Shown here one piece after another: positions 53,911 through 64,000 of a stretch of DNA of 64,000 nucleotides (the first letter of the stretch is position 1; each line of letters begins with the position of its first letter). A program made the position numbers and the translations under genes. The notes under the pieces were generated by a model that searched no databases, was not told the DNA's origin, and was given only the letters and a program-made list of their open reading frames with translations. Origin of the DNA: Eledone cirrhosa (Eukaryota); NCBI GenBank assembly GCA_964016885.1, contig OZ024741.1:234174001-234238000 (forward strand), given 5' to 3'.

Positions 53911-54501
53911 ATTATAATATTATGAGTTGGTAGATCCAGTTAAGTTCTTTGTTAACTTCGGTGGGAAGAATTTTAGAGATTCCTGGTTAACTTGGGTTAT
54001 ATATATATATATATATTTACCCTAGCGTCCCCTTTATTTACGTGTCCCAACGACTTTTTTTAGCCGTTGCTCGCACCAACCTGAGGTATATGGCCTTTAA
54101 TGCGACGAAATGCCTACGACGGTTGGAAGGCTACTGATGAGGACAAACTTTTTCATATATCTATATATATATATATATATATAAAGAACCCCTTCTGTCA
54201 AGAATGGGCATGGGTTTTGCACCAAGAAAGTTGTCCTATGAGGCAAAAGTCCGGGCAAAGTGTTTTTGTGGGAGACCAGCAGTCGCCCATACATACCAGT
54301 CGCCCACCTGCACGTCCTTGGTGTTGTTCAGGGGAAAGGCAAAGGCTGATACAGCTTTGCACCAGTGAACTAAGTGAACTGGTGCAACGCAATATAAAGT
54401 GCTCTAGGTCACAACATCCAATCCGGGAATCGAACTCACTTCCTCACGATTGTGAAACCAAGGCTCTAAGCACTAAGCCACGCACCTTCACACATACACA
54501 C

Positions 54502-54652
<151 letters not shown>

Positions 54653-54665
54653 ACACACACCACAC

Positions 54666-54701
<36 letters not shown>

Positions 54702-55348
54702 AAATGTGTGAAATCCTTGGTACAGTTAGGTATATTTTAATAAAAGGAAAAGAATGACTTCACTTGTAGTTCTAAACAATTTTATTTAATTTGATAAGAA
54801 AGTTCTCCAGGAAAGTTAACCAAGAATCTTTAAAAATCTCCCCACTGAAGTTAAGAACACTCATTAACGCCCCCCCCCCACACACACACGCACACACACA
54901 CACACGCACACACACACACACGCACACACACACACACGCACACACACTCCAGACACATCCCACTCCATATACACCCAACTCTCTTATATATAGAGTCACA
55001 CATCACAACACAACCTGAGATCAGTTTGACAATCGCCACCGACGAATGCGAGAAAGTTCTTCAGGAAAATTAACCGAGAATCTTTAAAAAAATCTCCCCA
55101 CCGAAGTTAACAAAGAACTTACTAGATCTACCAAACCAAATTGTAAAATTATAATATTATAAAATTGAATTAAATTGTTTAGAACTACAAGGGAAGTCAT
55201 TCTTTTCCTAAGGGTGAAAGCAGCGATTCTTTGCTTAAACTTTAATCTGTTATTTTAACAAATATTTGCTCTAGGGTTTTTATATATTTGATATATACTT
55301 ACCCTTATCGAGCCCTCTTTGGATTTTAGTCTTCACATTTATTATTAT

Positions 55349-55401
<53 letters not shown>

Positions 55402-55595
55402 GAATATGTAGAAATAAACACAGTAAATTGTATGTCTAAAATTACGAGGGTAGAAATACCACATTGGTTTGAAAGATTTAACCTGAAGCATACGTAAGAT
55501 GTATAATAAATATATACAGACCATGTCAATAACTATTTCATCTCTCGGACAGATTAGAGATTTAATCTGTTTCGCATATATATATATATATACAT

Positions 55596-55674
<79 letters not shown>

Positions 55675-55941
55675 TAGGAAAATCAACAAAGAGAGAGGAT
55701 AGGACAATGAACGAAAACAAGGCGAAACGAAAAACAAATTTCAAAGAGGAAACCTTAAAAAATAATTTAAAAAAATAAAAATACAAACGAAAGACACAGA
55801 ACTCCAGCGTCATCGGTCGTTGACAAGGACTTTGGCAGTTTCGACCCCTACCAACGGTACTGCTGGTCCACTCGGGGTAACAGCGTCTGGCACAAGTCAA
55901 AGCGCTGTCCTATGGAGTAAGAGACGAGACAAAACACCAAC

Positions 55942-56033
<92 letters not shown>

Positions 56034-56155
56034 GATTATGCCCTTTCATCGACGCCATTGTTATTTTTTCGCCTACCATGCAAGGAGACGTTAACCTGAG
56101 GGAATGATTCTCAACGGTATTTATACTTATTGATGACATTATATAATCAATTATT

Positions 56156-56190
56156 TCTCTGAGGAGCGTGTGGGCGAAACACGCGTAAGA
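56156..56190 (+). ncRNA. minimal hammerhead ribozyme motif
   Basis: TCT-CTGAGGA-GC GTGTGG GC-GAAA-CACGCG-TA-AGA. Confidence 0.5.
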
Positions 56191-56245
56191 CTTATATAAA
56201 GAACTTGCTTTAACGGCTTGTAACTCCTTCATTCATTCATTTGCT

Positions 56246-56284
<39 letters not shown>

Positions 56285-56419
56285 CTGTGTCTGTGTGTGC
56301 GCGTGTGCGTGCGCGTGTGCATGCGTGTGTGTAAAATCTTTTATGATGAGGGTGGTAATGTTATAATTTCAAAGAATGTTTTCCTTTGCTCTGTGCTACA
56401 CCATCTTGCAGATGGTGTA

Positions 56420-56620
56420 GCACAGAACAAAGGAGAGACACACAAAATATAAACCTAGTCACTGAGAAAGTCACAGAATGTGTGACGAAAGAGCTTTGAC
56501 AATATATAAACAACCATCCGGTTATCGAACCAATCAATCAACCAGAAATTTATTATAAATTGAAGTGAAAACTAACAGGTGCGTGTGTTTTTATTGGCAT
56601 CATAACCCTCCCAAAGTATA
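56420..56620 (+). mobile_element. solo PLE pLTR-like fragment with hammerhead motif (56458-56500)
   Basis: GTCA-CTGAGAA-AGTCACA GAATG TGTGAC-GAAA-GAGCTT-TGAC; tail ACCCTCCCAAAGTA. Confidence 0.6.
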
Positions 56621-56634
56621 ACAATATATATACA

Positions 56635-56685
<51 letters not shown>

Positions 56686-56872
56686 GATAAATCTACCAAA
56701 AGTTTACGGTAGTGTCCAATCCGTATGAAGAACTCAATGTAATCTGGATATCATGAAAAGAGAAGATGCATTCAAAAACTATTTTCGGTGAAAATTAACG
56801 GAAAAGAGAGTCAAGATAAATTAATAAAACAATGAATAAACAAAGAAACAGTTCCTTATATTAAAACAAATT

Positions 56873-57014
56873 CATCATTTTACGATCGTTTCTAGGATAT
56901 ATATGTGTTAGATTTGGTATGCATATTCTATAGATCTATGTATAATATTTATACAAACTATCAGAGGGAATATACATACCTACACATATATATGCTGTCT
57001 TCAGAAATAATGAT
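56873..57014 (-). ncRNA. type-I hammerhead motif with long stem II, intact core
   Basis: Minus ATCATTATTT-CTGAAGA-CAGCATATATATGTG...CACATATATATCCTA-GAAA-CGATCG-TA-AAATGATG. Confidence 0.65.
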
Positions 57015-57711
57015 ATTTGTTTATTGAAAAAAACAAAGATTCAATACAATAGGTCTGTTTGGGAACAGGTTTTGAATTGACCAATAGAGAGATAGTGAGG
57101 GTCAAGATAGTAATATAGTAGTAGAAGCACCTTAAATTATGGGTAGAGGAAGGTAGATTTCAGTTTTGGATGGAAAAGAATATTATGAATGAAGGATTAT
57201 TTTAGGGAAGAAAATAGGTCGTATGCTGACCTCAGAAATAATTTTACTTGTTCATTGAATAAAACCAACAAAGATCTAATATATTCTGTCTGTTTGGTAA
57301 GAGGTTTAGAATTAACCAATAGAAAGTTAATAATTGGCCAAATGGTAAAATAGTAGTAATTGAAGCTTATTTTAGGGGTGAAACTAGGTCAGGTGGTCAG
57401 TAAAAGGTATACAAGCAGTTGTTGTTATAAAATAGTAATGCCAATGCAAATATCTAAGGAGACTAAAGTTTTACGATAAGAATGTTAGTGAAAAAAATAC
57501 ATCTATGAAGAGAATATAAATTAATTTAATTGATGGGTATATTTATATTGATAAAATTATACTAATACATATAGATATGATAAATAAGAGTTAGATGCAG
57601 TTGAAAAGTCCTGTTAAAGATGAGGGGAAATTAAAAGAATATAAAAATAATATATATATATACATATATATATATATACATATATACACATACACACACA
57701 CACATACACAC

Positions 57712-57749
<38 letters not shown>

Positions 57750-57800
57750 TGTTTTATTATATTATATATATTGTTTTATTAATTTATATATATATATATT

Positions 57801-58003
57801 CATTTATTAAGGTTAAGTAGTGAGTCCTGGTACTCTGGAGTTTCACCTGCGCACACTCAGAAACATCAGTCTGCCTGATGGTCCTGTGTGTGCGCAGGTG
57901 AAACTCCAGAGTTCCACGACTCACTACTTAGCCTTAATAAATGAACATTTAAACTCAACTTCGGTGTTGATTACTCTTTTCTCTAGTCTGTCAACTACAT
58001 ACT
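57801..58003 (+). mobile_element. fold-back double-hammerhead element (family HH-2), copy 2
   Basis: ~143-bp imperfect palindrome 57801-57943 with CTGATG..CAGGT-GAAA-CTCCAGAG on both strands, plus tail; TA flanks. Confidence 0.75.
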
Positions 58004-58249
58004 GATATATATATATGGGGGGGGGGGTTACGTGGGAGTGCGTGTGTTTGCATACATATATATATATTCTAAATTTCATATGTTAAGCAGGCGACCTTTG
58101 AGCGATAAACGTTCTTTTATCATCCACTAACAAACAATAGGAGTATGGAATAGGTGTTTTGTATCTTCAGTTATTCAAAAACATTGTGAATCGATACCCT
58201 ATATATAGAGATGTATGTATGTATGTATGTATGTATGTTATCTCTTTCT

Positions 58250-58738
58250 CTTAATTTCGAGTATATTTTTTTGATCGGTCACCTTCCTGGTGGCAAGGTT
58301 GTAAAAGAAAAGAAATTGTCATCCCTTGAATCGCAAGAATGTTTTGCAAATTTTGAAGGTGCCAGCTATCGCAGCCATTTGTAGACTATGAATTAGGGAG
58401 CTGCGCTCTTTGTCCGCAAATCCAAGTTCAGTCATACTTTGGTCCAAACGGGTTGGTAGGTATATAACCCATAGCTCCAATAATGATGGGTATGAAGCTA
58501 AAGGTGTATCTTGGATACTGGATTTGTAAACTCCTCATCAATGGTCCGTAATGTCCTCCTTCTCCTGTATTTTTCTGACAACGTTTACATCAAGTGGGCA
58601 GCTGATCTCCACAACAGAACACGTTTTCAATGTGTGGTCCCAAACAACAATATCAGGCCGGTTGTGCTTTAATTTGGTGGCAGTTTTTATTTTCAGGTTC
58701 CACCAGTATTCCTTAGTGCCATCTGTCTCAATATATTC
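58250..58738 (-). mobile_element. R4/Dong-like RLE LINE 3' end (subfamily 1)
   Basis: EYWWNLKIKTATKLKHNRPDIVVWD..VVEISCPLD..PIIIGAMG..KICKTFL. Confidence 0.8.
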
Positions 58739-58779
58739 TTCATATGTATGTATGTTCTTCTGGTTTTATAATTTTATAG

Positions 58780-60362
58780 ATGTTTACCAATAGTTGTAAT
58801 TTCTTAACTAGTCGTGTTCTTTCTGCTTCTTTGAAGCCCAGCTTCTCAAGATTTGCACTGAGGCAGTTACTAACATATCCAAGTACCCAAATAATCCCAG
58901 GTATAAATCTGAAGGTATAGTCAGGGTGGAGTATCTGCAGATTCCTCATTAGTTCTGCATAGATATTCTCCTTTTCTTTAATCTTTAATATTATATTGGC
59001 ATCTGCTGGGCAGATAACTTCCACTACTGTGCATGCCTTCTTTTCCCTGTCCCATATCATTATATCTGGTCTGTTAAGCTTACATTTTATTGGGGGTGTA
59101 GTGATCTACATTCCGCGGGATCACATACATTCTCTGTGCGTGATTTGGCTCAGCTCAGCCAATCAGCGTCAATAGAAGAGAATGTATCCCTACGCGCCCT
59201 GAGGGAGGAATTCCCCGCGGGGATTTGAAGAATCGCTCTCTCGCATCCTGAACTTCGAAGGAACAACACGTACAACATGTAACGGTGAGATTTTGCACTT
59301 TGGCCTGCCGGCCTTCCTTGGGCCTGGCACAATGGCACATTCCCTTTTGTAACCTCATTTTATGTGTGATTTCAACCATACAAATTAACAAACATTATTT
59401 GTGCTACAACAAAAATAAACATACATTTCATCTCTAATTTCTGCTGTTGACATCATTATTGTGTTACTCGTGTCCCAATAACATTTATATACTATGCTGC
59501 TAAAAATGGGACGTGATGAATATTCCATTTTTAGCAGCATAGTATATAAATGTTATTGGGACACGAGTAACACAATAATGATGTCAACAGCAGAAATTAG
59601 AGATGAAATGTATGTTTATTTTTGTTGTAGCACAAATAATGTTTGTTAATTTGTATGGTTGAAGTTACACATAAAATGAGGTTACAAAAGGGAATGTGCC
59701 ATTGTGCCAGGCCCAAGGAAGGCCGGCAGGCCAAAGTGCAAAATCTCACCGTTACATGTTGTACGTGTTGTTCCTTCGAAGTTCAGGATGCGAGAGAGCG
59801 ATTCTTCAAATCCCCGCGGGGAATTTCTCCCTCAGGGTGCGTAGGGATACATTCTCTTCTACTGGCGCTGATTGGCTGAGCTGAGCCAAATCACGCACAG
59901 AGAATGTATGTGAGCCCGCGGAATGTAGCTCACTACAGAGGTTTTGACTGGAACATTCCACCAGTACTTTTTCATATTATATATGTGTATGTCTTCCACA
60001 TTGCTGTAACTTTTAACATGTTTATTGTCGGGGTCTATCTTTTCTACGGATTGCATTGTATAGTGCTTTGATCACTACATCATGCCTCATATGTTGATAG
60101 TACCGTGATGGCTGCTTATGAAGTGGGTGATATCTTCGATGTTAATTCTGCAGAGTCTGCATTTGTTGACACATCTAGGTGTTTTGCCTACATCCCTATT
60201 TCTTTTGTGAATCAGGTATTTTGTATTGATTTCCTGTTCTTGGATTGCAAAAGCATATCCTTCAAAGTGGGAGCCAATATAGCGATTGTTGGGCCAAGAT
60301 AGACTACTTTGCTTACCTATATTACTCTCACTCTGGAGCTTCCTGGCAAAATATCCATGCAA
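58780..60362 (-). mobile_element. R4/Dong-like RLE LINE fragment (subfamily 2), split by the palindrome
   Basis: IQEQEINTKY, CRLC..EDITH, KYWWNVPVKT|IKCKLNRPDIMIWD..VVEVICPAD. Confidence 0.82.
59097..59937. mobile_element. 841-bp fold-back element (413-bp arms, 15-nt loop), TGT...ACA termini
   Basis: 59097-59509 is the reverse complement of 59525-59937 with about 8 mismatches by eye. Flanks GGGG / GAGG. Confidence 0.9.
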
Positions 60363-60479
60363 TGATATTTTGTGCTAAGCATGCAGTTTTTCATCCATAG
60401 ATTCACTGCGGTATTGCTGGGTAATTTCCCTGGGTGTGAGTTTTTGATTATCATGCAGGGAGTATCTTTCAAGGAGTTC

Positions 60480-61187
60480 CTTCCCAAATCTCATAATCAT
60501 ATAAGTGCTGCTGCGAAAACCGAGACACTTGTCCTCTCAAGGAAGCCTACGCAGTGCACTCTACATGTGAATGGAGTTCCTCTGAAATAAGTGGAGAAGT
60601 TCAAGTACCTCAGGGGCCTTGTTTAAGAGTGGTGGAAGGCAGGGAGCTGAATTAATTGCAAGAATTGCAGGAGCTGGTGCTGTGATGCATCAGATTCAAC
60701 ATTCAGTAATCAGGAAAAGGGAGGTAAACGTAAAAGCCAAACTCGCTATCTTCAATTCGGTATTCGTGCCAACCCCCTTACAAATGGTCATGAATCTTGG
60801 TTAATGGCCGAAAGAATACGATCCCGAGTACAAGCGACCGAAATGGGGTTCCTCCAAAGGGTCTTCGGAGTAACGTTACTCGATAGAGTCATTCCAGATA
60901 GAGCCGCCACTTCTCCGAATTGAGAGATCACAGCTCCGATACAATGGGCCTGTGGTTAGAATGTCTCAAGAAAGAATCGCTGGACAGATTTTACGGGCAA
61001 AACCAACCGGCAGGAAACTCAAGCAAGATGGTTGGATAACATCCATGAGCTTGACAGATCTCGCTTGGAGATCAAGCCGGAACAAGGTAGAGACGGTTGT
61101 TTCTGACAGGACCCGCTGGACGGAGAGTTTGATGACTCTTCCCCCCACAACCCTCTCAGGAATAAGTAGGCGAAGAAGGAGGAGGAG
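60480..61187 (+). mobile_element. RTE-like LINE 3' fragment
   Basis: KTETLVLSR..VEKFKYL, AKLAIFNSVFVPT, VVRMSQER..KPTGR, (GAA/GGA)n tail. Confidence 0.75.
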
Positions 61188-63656
61188 ATATATATCTTGC
61201 TGTATATATATACCCGGAGATATATATCTTGCTGTATATATATACCCGAAGAAGAAGAAGAAGCAGACTCGGAGATTCCATTGTATTCACACAGAATGTT
61301 GCAATTAAGGAATTATGAAATCAAATTTTAAAGAGAGTGAGAGAGGGGGGGGGGGAGACTGTGTGTGTAAATCTGTGTGATTGAAAGAAAGAAAGGAGGA
61401 AAGAGATAAACACACTCATTGTTATTTTCATCTAGATGCATACACAAACATGCGTGCAAGGGGGTGTGCATAAAAATTACCATTAAGGTCGCTTACAACA
61501 CAACAGTCAATTGAAAATGTTACTTTGTTCAAAACCAGACCCCTGCCAAGTGTTTTTCTATAATTTATTCCTGCCATTAGCCATTTCCATTGCTTGTATT
61601 CCTATGCAACATATCCCCTCTCTTCTCATTTGTCCTTAGCCTCGTTTTGACAAGCTACATTGATTTTATTTTTACTTTCGTCTCGTTCCTAGATTTTTTT
61701 CATAAGTTAACGACTCCTCTTCTCTTTTCCTTTCATTTTAGTTTTTTTCCTCATCTCTGCTTCCTCTTACACTATCTTCTATCTTTTTTCTCTACTATTT
61801 CCGTTTTTAAATTCCTTTCCCCCTTCTCTAAAACTCTGACTCCCTTTAAATCCTTCTCTTCCTGCTCGACCCCCCCCCCAAAAAAAAAACCCATTTGTCT
61901 ATCCTTTTCCCCGTCATCTTATATACCCCCATCTCTTTTTAATGTTACTCTCATTTCAATCTTACTCTCTACCACCCTCTCTTGCTCTCTATCTATTTAC
62001 CTATCAATTTTAACTCTTCAGTCTCGTGGATTTTATTGTAAATTTAATTGTAATTATAAAAGGACGCAACTGGACACATCGGTTTACACTGGTAAATAGA
62101 ACCTGCGTGACGAATTCGAGAACAGTTTGACACAATCCGACTGGTTGAAATCAGTCAAGCTGTTCTCGTGTTCATGCTACAGAGAGAGAGAGAGAGGGGG
62201 GGGGGGGTCAAGCATCTTAAAGATTGTTTATAACTTCTATGAACATCAGTTACGCATCAGTAGATTTTGCTGTTACAATATCCCAATATCACAATATGAA
62301 TGAGTGGGGATGTGGAACAGGATCAGCTAGCTCAGCACCGATGGTAGGGACTGCTGTGTAATGGATCTCCGTCGGGTTCGAAAATGAGTGTTCAACGTGT
62401 TCGAGCAACGGAACAGTCTACTAATGAAATTTACGTGTAAGTAGCTGAGGATTCCAGAGACACGCGTACCATTATTGGCTGCCCCCTTGAATGATAGATA
62501 CAATCAATTGGACGGGCTTCCAAACAAAGTCGGATTTGCATATTAAAGTCGGCTGGTGCAAATAATTGGAATAGAAAAGTTATACATACAGGTATTAAAT
62601 TTAAAAAATCTAATCATCCTCATTTTACGTCCCCTTTCCAGAATGGCATGTGTTGGACAGGTTGTTGTAGTCCGAGACCAAACATATCGGAGTGACCTCA
62701 TCTTGCACATACATTACATATTTGGCATGGTTTCTATGGCTGGATGCCCTTCCTAACATAACCATTTTAGAGAGCTTACTGGGTGCCTTGTTTTTTGAAT
62801 TACCCCCACAACCACTTTAAACATGCCATCAAATACATGTTATTAGAATATTGTTCTGATAACAATCTGATGTCTCTAAAGTAGAAAAAAAATTGATAAA
62901 TTTTGTCACAGTAAGGACATTAAATACTTTTTGTTAAAACTATAATCCCCGTTGTCAAAGAGATGACACTAAAAAGCCCAGCAGAGGACACAAATAAATT
63001 GCTACGGTCATCACTGGTGTCCACTTTGCCCCACCCATTAAATCCGGCTCTGCTTCCAAACAGTTTCCGTCAACCCAATTTCATTCACAAAGCATGGGTC
63101 GACTGTAGGCTATGATAAATGTGACTTGCTCGAGATGCCACGTAGTAGGATTGAATCAGGGACAAAATGACTGCAAAACAAAGTTTTTAACAATGTAGCC
63201 ATGCATCAAGAAGTAGAGGCTGCTGTAATAGCGACATGAAGTGGCAAAGTGATAAGACAACATGTCTGTAGATCTGAGATTGAAGTGTGTCAACAAGCCA
63301 CTTCATGCCATTCATTCAAATACACGTTACACCACCGATTTTTCCAGCACTAAAGCACCATTAAGCAAATTAAATTCATGGTCAGATCATCAACGAAAGA
63401 AGGACACTATTTTATTTAAATTAAATATATTTCTCATTTTGATTGGGGGATTTATACCTTACAGTTTTGGTTAATCTGAAAGCAAGATATTTAATCACTG
63501 AAATTACACAAGGACTCAAGAAGTAAACGGTTTTATGACTGTCTACGTGAATTAAACAAACTGGAAGATTAGACCCGAAATCCACAAGAAAAATATTTAC
63601 AACAAAAGTATGTATATGATATACAAAAAAATAGTACTCGATAAAAATTTAAAATA

Positions 63657-63886
63657 CATGATGTTTCAAAAAATTTAATATCATTTGAGATTTTAATATC
63701 ATTTGAGATATAAATATCCTAGAAACTACAAGGTCTAGGACAACGAGACTAAGCAGGATTCATGTTGAGTAACACAAGATTTATTCCTCAAAACATGTCT
63801 ACTTTATAACATTAATTCACAATATATATTTTAATGTGATAACCTTGGGAACAGGCCATTGATATCAAATTTTTTGAAACACCCTG
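63657..63886. mobile_element. Tc1/mariner-type MITE
   Basis: CATGATGTTTCAAAAAATTTAATATCA mirrors TGATATCAAATTTTTTGAAACACCCTG-TA. Confidence 0.6.
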
Positions 63887-64000
63887 TATGTAATGATATA
63901 GTCTTTATATAGCCTAAAATATAACTCCGAATCCCAAACTCGGACATGTCCGATCAATTAACGAACAATATAAACTTGTATGGCTACTTCTCAATGATAA

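Noticed and set aside
54100-54150. GACGAAA...CTGATGAG as a permuted hammerhead
   Set aside because: No stem I or stem II pairing could be built.
59150-59884. Mirror-image ORF pairs (62 and 78 aa)
   Set aside because: A by-product of the palindrome; no recognisable domain.
62440-62472. CTGAGGA-TTCCA-GAGA-CACGCGTA hammerhead-like string
   Set aside because: No stem II, GAAA absent, and it lies inside an apparent SINE body.

Overview
Eukaryotic, AT-rich, repeat-saturated genomic DNA. It is probably from an octopod cephalopod; this is inferred from the huge (TA/TATAC)n fields, the SINE repertoire and the C2H2 gene style. There is a 200-N gap at 15463-15662. The only clear host gene is a 10-finger C2H2 zinc-finger CDS (23637-25043, minus); candidate spliced exons lie at 7.0-7.7 kb. 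The rest is mobile DNA: a DD37D (maT) transposon, a young CR1-type LINE 3' half, a near full-length Tx1/L1 element, two Penelope-like elements (PLEs), RTE and RLE LINE fragments, SINEs, MITEs and Helitron remnants. Three signals stand out. (1) A canonical-looking 39-nt GT-AG mini-intron sits exactly between Tx1 ORF1 and ORF2 and would fuse them in frame. (2) About a dozen hammerhead-ribozyme-like motifs occur, several inside small fold-back elements centred on the ribozyme and mostly inserted in (TA)n. (3) An 841-bp near-perfect palindrome interrupts an RLE LINE. Most ORFs in the supplied track are microsatellite artefacts. Coordinates were read by eye and may be off by a few bases.
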